A DNA stretch of 64,000 bases from Rhodospirillaceae bacterium (GTDB lineage Bacteria; Pseudomonadota; Alphaproteobacteria; UBA6615). The stretch lies in contig JAYQGE010000017.1 in assembly GCA_038140435.1 (NCBI GenBank), positions 8,481-72,480 on the forward strand. Direction: 5' to 3'. How positions within the stretch are numbered: position 1 is the first letter of the stretch; each line of letters opens with the position of its first letter. The notes under the pieces were generated by a model. That model was not told the DNA's origin. It did not search any database and saw only the letters and a list, made by a program, of their open reading frames with translations. Below, piece after piece: positions 51,654 to 62,598 of the stretch. Made by a program: the position numbers and the translations under genes.

Positions 51654-51853
51654 TTCCTGTTCCCGTTCCGCCGCCGTGGCGCGGCAAATGACGTGGCAAT
51701 GGAATCGGGCGCTTGTTCCCGGGTTTCCAACGACTTCAGTCAAATACTTGACCGGTTTCCTCGGACATCTTATATCCCGCATCCGGACGCGCCAGCGCGT
51801 GTTCCATCCGGCGGGAAGAGCGATGCAGAGCGCTCTATATCATAAAGGTCGAC

Positions 51854-52603
51854 ATGGTATTCAAGCATCTGATTGACGATCTGGACGCGTACATGGAGCG
51901 CGATCCGGCGGCGAGCTCCCGAATTATGGTGGTGACCAGCTATCCGGGCTTTCACGCGGTGGTCTGGTTTCGCCTCGCGCACTGGCTCTGGAGCCTGCGG
52001 CTGAAGACGCTGGCCCGGTTCGTCGGGAACGTCGGGCGGCTTCTCACCGGCGTCGATATTCACCCCGGCGCGCAGATCGGCCGCCGGCTCGTGATCGATC
52101 ATGCCATCGGTGTCGTCATCGGCGAGACGGCCGAGCTCGAGGACGATGTGACCCTCTATCACAACGTCACGCTCGGCGGGATCGCGCCGGCGGTGGAGAG
52201 CGAGGCGCAGATCGACGTGAAGCGCCATCCGACGGTGCTGTCGGGTGCGATTATCGGATCGGGCGCGCAGGTTCTGGGCCCGGTGACGGTCGGCCGCAAC
52301 GCCCGCGTGGGCGCGAACGCGGTCGTGGTCAGGGACGTGCCGGAGAACTGCACGGTCGTGGGCATCCCGGCACAGCCGGTCGCCACGTCGTCCTGTTCGC
52401 CGGAGCAGTTTTCGGCCTACGGCACGCCGACCGACGAGTTTCCCGATCCCGACGCCAAGGCCATGGGCGCGATGCTGAACGAGATCAGCACGCTGCGCAT
52501 GCGGGTCCAGGAACTCGAGCGCGAAGTGGAAGAACGTATCCAGCTGCGGCGCGCGTCGGGCGCCAGAGATACCGAGTCCGACGAACCCTCGACATCCGTC
52601 TGA
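51854..52603 (+). CDS. cysE: serine O-acetyltransferase
   Basis: 249 aa with ERDPAA, HAVVWFRLAHWLW, GVDIHPGAQIG and hexapeptide repeats. Confidence 0.85.
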   Translation: MVFKHLIDDLDAYMERDPAASSRIMVVTSYPGFHAVVWFRLAHWLWSLRLKTLARFVGNVGRLLTGVDIHPGAQIGRRLVIDHAIGVVIGETAELEDDVTLYHNVTLGGIAPAVESEAQIDVKRHPTVLSGAIIGSGAQVLGPVTVGRNARVGANAVVVRDVPENCTVVGIPAQPVATSSCSPEQFSAYGTPTDEFPDPDAKAMGAMLNEISTLRMRVQELEREVEERIQLRRASGARDTESDEPSTSV

Positions 52604-52640
52604 GCGGCGGGGTCCGGGGAATCGGCAGGGGAGACAGACG

Positions 52641-53108
52641 TTGAAACTCAGCACGAAGGGACGCTACGGCGTCATGGCGATGGTGGACCTGGCGCAGTTC
52701 GCGGAATCCGGGCCCGTCGCGCTGGCGGAGGTCGCGGAACGTCAGGAGATCTCGCTGTCCTACCTGGAGCAGCTGTTCGCGAAGCTGCGCCGGGCGGGGC
52801 TGGTCACCAGCGTCCGCGGTCCCGGCGGTGGCTACCGGCTTGCCCATCCGGCCGAGGACATCCGCGTCTCCGCCGTGATTGCCGCCGTGGACGAGCCGAT
52901 CCGCACCACCGGCTGCAAGCCGGGCGCGGCCGCGGGGTGTATCCGCCGCACGAGCCGCTGCATGACCCATGACCTCTGGGCGGGGCTGGGCGACCAGATC
53001 CACGCCTATCTCGACTCGGTGAGCCTGGCGGACGTCTGTGCCGGCCGGGTCTATCCCCAGCCGCCGCGCGCATCCGCGCCGTCCCTTACCGAAATCGCAG
53101 CCGAGTAG
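52641..53108 (+). CDS. Rrf2-family transcriptional regulator (IscR/SufR-like position)
   Basis: 155 aa starting MKLSTKGRYGVMAMVDLA, with a wHTH and a Cys cluster (C..5..C..5..C: GCKPGAAAGCIRRTSRC). TTG start. Confidence 0.85.
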   Translation: MKLSTKGRYGVMAMVDLAQFAESGPVALAEVAERQEISLSYLEQLFAKLRRAGLVTSVRGPGGGYRLAHPAEDIRVSAVIAAVDEPIRTTGCKPGAAAGCIRRTSRCMTHDLWAGLGDQIHAYLDSVSLADVCAGRVYPQPPRASAPSLTEIAAE

Positions 53109-53123
53109 CCGGACCCGAGCGCC

Positions 53124-54245
53124 GTGGACACCTACCTCGATCACAACGCGACCACGCCCGTCCGGCCGGAAGCGGCCGACGCGGTGGCCGACGCCTTGGC
53201 GCGCACGGGCAACCCGTCCTCGGTGCACCGGTTCGGGCGCCTTGCGCGGCACGCGGTCGACGAGGCGCGCGAGAATGTCGCCGCGCTGGTCGGCGTGGCG
53301 GCGGCGAATGTCGTCTTCACGTCCGGCGGCAGCGAGGCCAACAACCAGGCGCTCGCCGGCCATGGGGGCCCGGTGATCGTGTCGGCCGTCGAACATGAGT
53401 CCGTGCTGGCGGCGGCGGGCGACGCGGACATCATCCCGGTTGACGCCATGGGGGTCGTCCGATTGGACGCCCTCGAAAATCTTCTCGCGGAAACAAAGGG
53501 TTCCGCGCTTGTTAATGTTATGTTGTCGAACAATGAAACCGGGGTTCTGCAGCCGGTCGGCGAGGTCGCGTCGCTGGCCCGCAAGTATAACGCGCGGGTG
53601 CACTGCGACGCCATTCAGGGTGCAGGCAAGGTCGAAGTCTCCTTCGAGGCGCTGGGCGCCGACACGATGAGCGTGTCGGCGCACAAGCTGGGCGGACCGC
53701 AGGGCGTGGGCGCGCTGATCGTGCGGGACGGCATTGACCCTGCGCCGCTCCTGCGCGGCGGCGGCCAGGAGCGCCGGCGGCGGGCCGGGACGGAGAATGT
53801 CCCGGGGATCGCCGGGTTCGGCGCTGCTGCGGCGGCGGCCAGGCGCGATCTCGAGGATTTCGCGCGGCTCACCGAACTGCGCGACGGGATGGAAGCGCGG
53901 CTCCGGGCCGCGGTGCCGGACATGGTCGTGCATGGCGGGGACGCCGTGCGCCTTCCCAACACCAGCTGCATCGGCCTCCCGGGCATGTCTGCGGAGCTGC
54001 AGGTGATGCAGCTCGACCTGGCCGGGATCGCCGTGAGCGCGGGTTCGGCCTGCTCCAGCGGCAAGGTCACGCCGAGCCATGTCCTGCGGGCGATGGGGCG
54101 GGACGAGGATGCCGCCCGGTCCGCGATCCGGGTCTCGCTCGGCTGGAACACGGAACCGTCGGATATCGACCGGTTCGCGGACGCCTGGCTCGCCGTGGCG
54201 CAGCGCCGGGACGCAGGCTCCGGCAGCCGGAGGTCGGTCGCATGA
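53124..54245 (+). CDS. class V aminotransferase-fold cysteine desulfurase (NifS/IscS-like), copy 1
   Basis: 373 aa with YLDHNATTP, PLP-Lys SAHKLGGPQG and catalytic Cys SAGSACSSG. GTG start. Confidence 0.85.
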   Translation: MDTYLDHNATTPVRPEAADAVADALARTGNPSSVHRFGRLARHAVDEARENVAALVGVAAANVVFTSGGSEANNQALAGHGGPVIVSAVEHESVLAAAGDADIIPVDAMGVVRLDALENLLAETKGSALVNVMLSNNETGVLQPVGEVASLARKYNARVHCDAIQGAGKVEVSFEALGADTMSVSAHKLGGPQGVGALIVRDGIDPAPLLRGGGQERRRRAGTENVPGIAGFGAAAAAARRDLEDFARLTELRDGMEARLRAAVPDMVVHGGDAVRLPNTSCIGLPGMSAELQVMQLDLAGIAVSAGSACSSGKVTPSHVLRAMGRDEDAARSAIRVSLGWNTEPSDIDRFADAWLAVAQRRDAGSGSRRSVA

Positions 54246-55426
54246 GCGGGGCGCCGACGGCCATCTACCTCGACCACCAGGCGACCACGCCGGTCGATCC
54301 GCGCGTGCTCGACACGATGCTGCCCTGGTTCAGTGAAACCTTCGGCAACGCCCATTCCGAGCAGCATGCCTGGGGCCGCCAGGCGGCCGACGCCGTCGAA
54401 GCGGCACGCGAACAGGTGGCGGCGCTGATCGGCGCGAGCGCGCGGGAGATCGTCTTCACCTCCGGGGCCACGGAATCCAACAACCTGGCGATCAAGGGCG
54501 CGGTCCGCTTCGCCATGCGCCACGGGCGCGGCGATCACATCGTGACGGTCGCGACTGAGCACAAATGCGTTCTCGAATCCTGCGCGGCCATGGCGGAGGA
54601 AGGCGCGCGGGTGACGATCCTCGACGTCGATGCCGAGGGGTTCGTCGATCCTGCGGCGATCGCCGACGCGATCACCGACGCGACCGTGCTGGTGTCCGTG
54701 ATGACCGTGAACAACGAGATCGGGGTGGTCCAGCCGCTCGCGGAGATCGGTGCCGTCTGCCGGGAACGCGGCGTTCTGCTGCACACCGACGCGGCGCAGG
54801 CGGCCGGCAAGATCGCGCTCGACGTGGAGGCCATGCAGATCGACCTGCTGAGCATCTCCGGACACAAGATGTACGCGCCCAAGGGGGTGGGAGCACTCTA
54901 CGTGCGCCGCCGTCCGCGCGCGCGCCTGCTGGCCGAGATGAGCGGTGGCGGGCAGGAGCGCGGAAACCGTTCGGGGACGCTGCCCGTACCGCTGGCCGTG
55001 GCCCTGGGCGACGCAGCAGCGATCGCGCACGCGGAACTGGCGGTCGAGGGCGCGCGGCTCGCGGATCTGCGGGACCGGATGCTCGCGCGGCTGCGCGCCG
55101 AACATGGCGATCTGTTCGTGAACGGTTCGATGAACCGGCGGGTGCCGGGCAACCTGAATGTCGGGTTCCCGGGCATCGATGCGGAGGCGCTCATGCGGGC
55201 GCTCGGGGATGTCGCAATTTCGACCGGCTCGGCCTGTACATCGGCGTCCGTCGAACCATCTTATGTCCTGCGTGCGCTGGGTCTCGACGATGCGAGCGCG
55301 GGCGCGTGTATCCGAATTGGATTTGGCCGTTTCACCACGGAAGCGGAAGTCGATGCGGCGGCGGTCTCGATCGCCGCGGCCGTGAGCGCGCAGCGGGACG
55401 AACGTCCCGTGCGGGCGGCGGAATAG
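54242..55426 (+). CDS. cysteine desulfurase (IscS/NifS-like), copy 2
   Basis: 394 aa with [24 protein letters not shown] and [21 protein letters not shown] overlap with copy 1. Confidence 0.88.
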   Translation: MSGAPTAIYLDHQATTPVDPRVLDTMLPWFSETFGNAHSEQHAWGRQAADAVEAAREQVAALIGASAREIVFTSGATESNNLAIKGAVRFAMRHGRGDHIVTVATEHKCVLESCAAMAEEGARVTILDVDAEGFVDPAAIADAITDATVLVSVMTVNNEIGVVQPLAEIGAVCRERGVLLHTDAAQAAGKIALDVEAMQIDLLSISGHKMYAPKGVGALYVRRRPRARLLAEMSGGGQERGNRSGTLPVPLAVALGDAAAIAHAELAVEGARLADLRDRMLARLRAEHGDLFVNGSMNRRVPGNLNVGFPGIDAEALMRALGDVAISTGSACTSASVEPSYVLRALGLDDASAGACIRIGFGRFTTEAEVDAAAVSIAAAVSAQRDERPVRAAE

Positions 55427-55443
55427 GGAACTGGAAGGGCGTT

Positions 55444-56913
<1,470 letters not shown>

Positions 56914-56928
56914 AGGAGAGTTTTTAGG

Positions 56929-57684
56929 ATGCCATTGCTTGAAATCCGCAACTTGCACGCGAACGTCGATGGGAAGGAGATCCTGAAGGGTCTGGACCTG
57001 AGCATCGATGCCGGCGAGGTACACGCGATCATGGGGCCGAACGGGTCCGGAAAGAGCACGTTGTCCTATGTGCTCACCGGCCGCGACGGCTACGAGGTCA
57101 CCGAGGGCGAAATCCTGTTCGACGGCCGGGACGTCGTCGAGATGGATCCCGACGAACGGGCCCGCGAGGGTGTTTTCCTGGCGTTCCAGTATCCGGTCGA
57201 GATTCCCGGCGTAACGAGCATGACGTTCCTGCGCACGGCGGTGAACGCGGTGCGCGAGCATCGCGGCGAGCCGACTTTCGACCCGATGGATTTCGTGAAG
57301 TATGTCCGCGAGCGCGCGACCGACCTGAACATTTCCGACGAGATGCTCAAGCGCGCGGTCAATGTCGGCTTCTCCGGCGGCGAGAAGAAGCGCATGGAGA
57401 TGCTGCAGATGGCGGCGCTCGAGCCGCGTGTCGCGATCCTCGACGAGACAGATTCCGGGCTCGATATCGATGCGCTCAAGGTGGTCGCCGACGGCGTCAA
57501 CGCCATGCGGGACCCCGCGCGCGGCATGCTTCTGATCACCCATTACCAGCGGCTGCTCGACTACATCGTGCCCGACCATGTGCACGTACTGGCCCAGGGC
57601 CGGATCGTGAAATCCGGCGACAAGTCGCTCGCGCTCGAACTCGAGGAAAAGGGCTATGCCGAATTCCTCGAGAACGCGGCCTGA
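56929..57684 (+). CDS. sufC: Fe-S cluster assembly ATPase SufC
   Basis: 251 aa with Walker A GPNGSGKST, signature FSGGEKKR and Walker B ILDETDSGLD. Confidence 0.95.
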   Translation: MPLLEIRNLHANVDGKEILKGLDLSIDAGEVHAIMGPNGSGKSTLSYVLTGRDGYEVTEGEILFDGRDVVEMDPDERAREGVFLAFQYPVEIPGVTSMTFLRTAVNAVREHRGEPTFDPMDFVKYVRERATDLNISDEMLKRAVNVGFSGGEKKRMEMLQMAALEPRVAILDETDSGLDIDALKVVADGVNAMRDPARGMLLITHYQRLLDYIVPDHVHVLAQGRIVKSGDKSLALELEEKGYAEFLENAA

Positions 57685-57695
57685 CGGAGGCGCAG

Positions 57696-59045
57696 GTGCC
57701 CGACGGAAGCGGACATATGCAGCCCTATCTCGCGCAGGCGCTCGACGCGTCGTCGCGTTTCGCGGGCGCGGGTGTCGACTGGGTCGATGCGCTCCGGCGC
57801 ACCGGGGCGGATGCCTACAGCTTGCACGGCCTGCCGGAACAGCGCGACGAGTACTGGCGCTATACCAACCTGAACGCGCTGCGCGACGAGAGTTTCCAGC
57901 TCGCCGCGACGGCGCCGGCGATCGGCGTGCCCGCGCTGCCGCATCCGTCCGTCGCGGGCCTGGCGGCCTACCGCGTGGTCCTGGTCAACGGCCGCGTGCA
58001 GCCGAAGCTCTGCGCGCTCGACGGAATGCCGGACGGCGTGCTGATCAGCGGGCTCGAGGATTTGCTCGGTGCCGCGCCGAACCGCCTGGAGCCCTATCTG
58101 GGCCGGATCGCGCCGCTCGCAGACATGCCGATGGCGGCGCTCAACACGGCGTTTCTGCAGGACGGGATGGCGATCTTCATCGGCGCCGACATCGTTCTCG
58201 ACAAGCCGGTCCACCTGATCTCGATCACGGCGCCCGGCGAGGGCGCGATGATGGTGCAGCCGCGCCATCTCATGGTGATGGAGGACGGCGCGGAGGCGAC
58301 CCTCATCGAGACGCACATCACCGCGACCGGCGGTTCGAGCTTCAACAACATCGTCACCGAACTGCAGCTCGGTGAGCGCGCGCGTCTCAACCATTTCGTC
58401 TTCCAGGAAGAGGCCGATACGAGCGTGCACCTGTCCGGAACGGCAGTGTCGCTCGCGGCGGAGTCCTTCTACGACAGCTTCGTCCTGCAAAGCGGGGCGG
58501 CGATCGGACGAAGCGAGATACGCGCCTATCTCAACGGTCCCGGCGCCGACTGCCGGCTCGACGGCGTCTATCTCGCGACGGACAAGCAGGTCGTGGACAA
58601 CACCACCTATGTTGAACATGCCGCACCGGAATGCCGGTCGCGCCAGGTGTACAAGGGCGTTCTCGACGGCCAGGCACGCGGCGTCTTCCAGGGGAAGGTG
58701 CATGTCGTGCGCGACGCGCAGAAGACGGACGGCCACCAGCTGAGCCGGGCGCTGCTGCTTTCGCCGCGCGCGGAGATCGACGCCCGTCCCGAGCTCGAGA
58801 TCTACGCCGACGACGTCAAGTGCAGCCACGGGGCGACGGCGGGCGAGCTCGACGAGGACGCCCTGTTCTACCTGCTGAGCCGAGGCGTGCCGCGCGTCAC
58901 GGCGCGCCGGATGCTGATCGAGGCGTTCCTGTCGGAGGCGATTTCGGAGATCCCTCTGGCACCCGTCGCGGAAGATTTCTCGGCGCATGTGCGCCAATGG
59001 CTTTCCGCCCATGTCGATCAGTCGTCGGATGGAGAGGCTGCATGA
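57696..59045 (+). CDS. sufD: Fe-S cluster assembly protein SufD
   Basis: 449 aa. The C-terminal beta-helix region is homologous to SufB (KTDGHQLSRALLLS...EIYADDVKCSHGAT). GTG is preceded by GGAGG. Confidence 0.88.
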   Translation: MPDGSGHMQPYLAQALDASSRFAGAGVDWVDALRRTGADAYSLHGLPEQRDEYWRYTNLNALRDESFQLAATAPAIGVPALPHPSVAGLAAYRVVLVNGRVQPKLCALDGMPDGVLISGLEDLLGAAPNRLEPYLGRIAPLADMPMAALNTAFLQDGMAIFIGADIVLDKPVHLISITAPGEGAMMVQPRHLMVMEDGAEATLIETHITATGGSSFNNIVTELQLGERARLNHFVFQEEADTSVHLSGTAVSLAAESFYDSFVLQSGAAIGRSEIRAYLNGPGADCRLDGVYLATDKQVVDNTTYVEHAAPECRSRQVYKGVLDGQARGVFQGKVHVVRDAQKTDGHQLSRALLLSPRAEIDARPELEIYADDVKCSHGATAGELDEDALFYLLSRGVPRVTARRMLIEAFLSEAISEIPLAPVAEDFSAHVRQWLSAHVDQSSDGEAA

Positions 59046-60295
59046 CGACCGCCAACACAGCCGCGGCCGGCGCGTCAGTCTACGATGTCGATGCCGTGCG
59101 CGCCGACTTCCCGATCCTGGGCGGGACCATGCACGACAAGCCGCTGGTGTTCCTGGACAGCGCGGCCTCGGCGCAGAAACCGCGCCAGGTCATCGATGCC
59201 GTCTCGCGCGCGTATGAAACCGAGTATGCGAACGTTCATCGCGGTCTCTACCAGATCAGCGAGGCAGTGACGGCGCGCTACGAGGGTACGCGCGAGACAA
59301 TCCGGAAATACATCAACGCGGCCCACACCCACGAGATTATCTTCACCCGCAACGCGACGGAATCGATCAACCTCGTGGCCTACAGCTTCGGGCGGGGGTT
59401 CCTGGAGGAGGGCGACGAGGTCGTCATCTCCGAGCTCGAGCATCATTCCAACATCGTGCCGTGGCAGATGCTGCGTGACGAGAAGGGCATTGTCCTGAAG
59501 GTCGCGCCGGTCAGCGACGACGGCGAGTTGATCATGTCCGAGTTCGAGGATCTGCTCGGGCCGAAGACGAAGCTTGTAGCGCTCGCGCATATGTCGAACG
59601 TGATGGGGACGATCCTGCCGGTCGAGGACATCGTCCGCCTTGCCCATGCCGTGGGCGCCAAGGTGCTGCTCGACGGCTGCCAGTCCGTGACGCACATCCC
59701 CGTCGATGTGCAGGCTCTGGGCTGCGATTTCTATGTCTTCTCCGGCCACAAGCTCTATGGCCCGAGCGGGATCGGCGTGCTGTATGGCCGCGAGGAACTG
59801 CTCGATGCGATGCCGCCCTTCATGGGGGGCGGGGACATGATCTCGTCCGTGACCTTCGAGAAGTCGACCTGGGCGAAGCTGCCCCACAAGTTCGAGGCGG
59901 GAACCCCGGCCATCGTCCAGGCGATCGGCCTGGGTGCGGCCATCGATTATGTGACCGGCCTCGGGCTGGACGCGATCGGCAATCATGAAGCCGACCTGCT
60001 GAACTACGCGACCCAGAAGCTGTCGAGCATCGACGGGCTTCGGATCATCGGCACCGCGCCGAACAAGGCGAGCGTCGTTTCGTTCACGCTGGACTTCGCG
60101 CATCCCCATGACATCGCGACGATCATCGACCGCGCGGGCGTGGCGGTGCGTGCGGGCCATCACTGCGCCCAGCCGCTGATGGAGCGGATGGACGTGCCCG
60201 CGACCGTCAGGGCGTCGATCGGGCTTTACAACAAGCGTTCGGACATCGATGCGCTGGCGGCGGCGCTCGGTGATGTGCAGGAGCTGTTTGGTTGA
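59042..60295 (+). CDS. sufS: cysteine desulfurase SufS (group II)
   Basis: ATG at 59042 (ATGA overlap with sufD), giving 417 aa. FPIL, FLDSAASAQKP, SGHKLYGPSGIGVLYG and RAGHHCAQP. Confidence 0.92.
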   Translation: MTTANTAAAGASVYDVDAVRADFPILGGTMHDKPLVFLDSAASAQKPRQVIDAVSRAYETEYANVHRGLYQISEAVTARYEGTRETIRKYINAAHTHEIIFTRNATESINLVAYSFGRGFLEEGDEVVISELEHHSNIVPWQMLRDEKGIVLKVAPVSDDGELIMSEFEDLLGPKTKLVALAHMSNVMGTILPVEDIVRLAHAVGAKVLLDGCQSVTHIPVDVQALGCDFYVFSGHKLYGPSGIGVLYGREELLDAMPPFMGGGDMISSVTFEKSTWAKLPHKFEAGTPAIVQAIGLGAAIDYVTGLGLDAIGNHEADLLNYATQKLSSIDGLRIIGTAPNKASVVSFTLDFAHPHDIATIIDRAGVAVRAGHHCAQPLMERMDVPATVRASIGLYNKRSDIDALAAALGDVQELFG

Positions 60296-60750
60296 TGAGC
60301 GATGATCTGAGAGAACTCTACCAGGAGGTCATCCTGGAGCATGGGAAGAATCCGCGGAACTTCCACGCGCGTGACGATGCCACCAACGAGGCGCGCGGGA
60401 ACAACCCGCTGTGCGGCGATCAGCTCGTGATCTACCTGAAGCTCGACGATGACGGGCGGGTGGATGAAGCCTCTTTCCTGGGCAAGGGCTGCGCGATCTC
60501 CATGGCATCCGCCTCGATGATGACGGAGCTGGTGAAGGGGCGGACCCAGGCCGAGGCGGAATCGCTGTTCGAGGCGTTCCACGACATGTGTACGGGCGAG
60601 GAGAACGGCCACGACCTGCCCGACGAGGTGGAGAAACTCCGGGTGCTTTCGGGCGTTCGCGAGTTTCCGACACGGGTGAAGTGCGCCACGTTGCCCTGGC
60701 ACACCCTGGTGGCCGCGCTTCAGGGCGAAGACGAAATTTCGACGGAATAG
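60295..60750 (+). CDS. sufU: SufU-type (NifU N-terminal family) Fe-S assembly/sulfur-transfer protein
   Basis: About 151 aa with NPLCGD, GKGCAISMASASMM and FPTRVKCATLPW (no His before the third Cys, plus an insertion between Cys2 and Cys3). The ATG overlaps the sufS TGA by 1 nt. Confidence 0.8.
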   Translation: MSDDLRELYQEVILEHGKNPRNFHARDDATNEARGNNPLCGDQLVIYLKLDDDGRVDEASFLGKGCAISMASASMMTELVKGRTQAEAESLFEAFHDMCTGEENGHDLPDEVEKLRVLSGVREFPTRVKCATLPWHTLVAALQGEDEISTE

Positions 60751-60761
60751 GATCGACCGGC

Positions 60762-61172
60762 ATGAGCCATGATCATGAAATGGGCGCGCCGATGGGCATG
60801 TTTCCCCCGATGCCCCCGGGTGAGGAAACCACCGCGCGGGCAGGAGAGCCGCTGCCCGAGGGCACGAGTGTCGCCGGGCGCGACGCGGTGATCGCGGCCC
60901 TGCGGACCGTGCACGACCCGGAAATCCCGGTGAACATCTACGACCTGGGGCTGATCTACGACCTCGAGATCCACACGGACGGCTCCGCGCGGATCGACAT
61001 GTCGCTGACCGCGCCGGCATGCCCGGTCGCCGGCGAGATCCCGTTCTGGGTGGCCAACGCCGTCGCGGATGTCGAGGGGGTCGGCGAGGTGCAGGTCAAT
61101 CTGATCTGGGATCCGCCATGGGATACCGGTCGCATGTCCGATGATGCCAAGCTGGCCCTTGGAATCGACTGA
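60762..61172 (+). CDS. sufT: DUF59/SufT-family Fe-S assembly protein
   Basis: ATG at 60762 in the frame of ORF 60588..61172, giving 136 aa. VHDPEIPVNIYDLGLIY and MSLTAPACP motifs. Confidence 0.75.
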   Translation: MSHDHEMGAPMGMFPPMPPGEETTARAGEPLPEGTSVAGRDAVIAALRTVHDPEIPVNIYDLGLIYDLEIHTDGSARIDMSLTAPACPVAGEIPFWVANAVADVEGVGEVQVNLIWDPPWDTGRMSDDAKLALGID

Positions 61173-61211
61173 CCTATATAGATTGCCGTTGAGACCTCCG
61201 AGGAGCTCGAA

Positions 61212-61547
61212 ATGCCGGAACCCATCATCAAGCTGACCGACGCGGCCGCCGCGCGGGTGAAGACCCTGATGGAGAAGGCGGAAGAGGATGTCGCGGGCCT
61301 GCGGGTCGGGCTGTCGACCCGCGGCTGCTCCGGGCTTTCCTATGTCGTCGAGTATGCCGACGAGGCGAAGCAGTTCGAGGAAGTGATCGAGGACAAGGGC
61401 GTGCGCGTGTTCATCGACCCGGCCGCAACCATGTTCCTGATCGGCGCGACGATGGACTATCGCGAGGGCAAGTTCGAGTCCGGTTTCGTATTCGACAATC
61501 CCAACGCCAAGGGCACCTGCGGGTGCGGCGAATCCTTCCACGTCTAG
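61212..61547 (+). CDS. A-type Fe-S cluster carrier (SufA/ErpA/IscA family)
   Basis: 111 aa with GCSGLSY and C-terminal CGCGESF. Confidence 0.88.
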   Translation: MPEPIIKLTDAAAARVKTLMEKAEEDVAGLRVGLSTRGCSGLSYVVEYADEAKQFEEVIEDKGVRVFIDPAATMFLIGATMDYREGKFESGFVFDNPNAKGTCGCGESFHV

Positions 61548-61565
61548 GCCGGCCTGCCGCCTGCG

Positions 61566-61898
61566 ATGCCGCGCGTGACCTTTATCGACGGCGCCGGAAC
61601 GGCGCATGACCTCGACGTTCCCGTTGGGCACTCCCTGTTGCAGGTCGCCTGGGACAACGGGCTGGATGTCGAGGGGGCGTGCGAAGGCGCGATGGCCTGT
61701 TCGACCTGCCACGTGATCGTCGATCCGGAGTGGTTCGCGCGGATGGACCCGCCCAGCGAGGACGAGGAGGACATGCTCGACCTCGCGCCGGGCCTCAAAC
61801 CCACGTCGCGGCTGGGCTGCCAGGTCATCGTTACCGAGGCGCTCGACGGTCTCGTCGTCCGCCTCCCGGCGTCAACGCGCAACCTGCTGCTGGGCTAG
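61566..61898 (+). CDS. fdx: [2Fe-2S] ferredoxin, adrenodoxin/Fdx type
   Basis: 110 aa with CEGAMACSTCHV and LGCQV. Confidence 0.85.
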   Translation: MPRVTFIDGAGTAHDLDVPVGHSLLQVAWDNGLDVEGACEGAMACSTCHVIVDPEWFARMDPPSEDEEDMLDLAPGLKPTSRLGCQVIVTEALDGLVVRLPASTRNLLLG

Positions 61899-61905
61899 CG
61901 CTCGC

Positions 61906-62598
61906 ATGGGCTATTTCGACGATCTGGAGCTGTTCCCGCGCCTGCGCGCGGCCGCGCCGAGCTGGGAGCGTTACGTGGCGCATCCGTTCGTGGACGGGCT
62001 TCGGGACGGAACGCTGCCTGACGTCGCGTTCCGCCACTATCTGGGGCAGGACTATCTGTTCCTGATCCATTTCGCGCGCGCCTATGCGCTGGCGGCCTAC
62101 AAGGCCGATACGCTTGCGGACATTCGCGACGCGGCGGCGGGTATGCGCGCGATCGTCGATACCGAGATGGCGCTGCACGTCGAATATTGTGCCGGCTGGG
62201 GCCTGACGGAGGCCGAAATGCAGGCGCTGCCGGAATCCTCGGCGACCATGGCCTACACGCGCTACGTGCTGGAGAAGGGGCACCAGGGCGACCTGCTCGA
62301 CCTCTATGTCGCGTTGGCGCCCTGTGTCATCGGTTATGGCGAGATCGGCGCGCGCCTCGCGGGCGATCCCGCAACTGTCCGTGACGGCAATCCCTACGCA
62401 TCCTGGATCGATATGTATTCCGGTGACGATTATCAGCCGGCCGCGCGCGCCCACGCCGAAACACTCGACCGGCTCTGGCAGCGGCGCGCGGGGAAGGGCC
62501 GGCTGGACGAGCTCGCGCGCGTGTTCGAGGAGGCGACCCGGCTGGAAGCCGATTTCTGGCAGATGGGGTTGGACGCCAGCGTCAGCCAGCGGGGCTAG
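61906..62598 (+). CDS. tenA: TenA-family protein (aminopyrimidine aminohydrolase / thiaminase II-like)
   Basis: 230 aa with HPFV..L.DGTL, F..YL.QDY.FL and CV.GYGEIG patterns. Confidence 0.7.
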   Translation: MGYFDDLELFPRLRAAAPSWERYVAHPFVDGLRDGTLPDVAFRHYLGQDYLFLIHFARAYALAAYKADTLADIRDAAAGMRAIVDTEMALHVEYCAGWGLTEAEMQALPESSATMAYTRYVLEKGHQGDLLDLYVALAPCVIGYGEIGARLAGDPATVRDGNPYASWIDMYSGDDYQPAARAHAETLDRLWQRRAGKGRLDELARVFEEATRLEADFWQMGLDASVSQRG

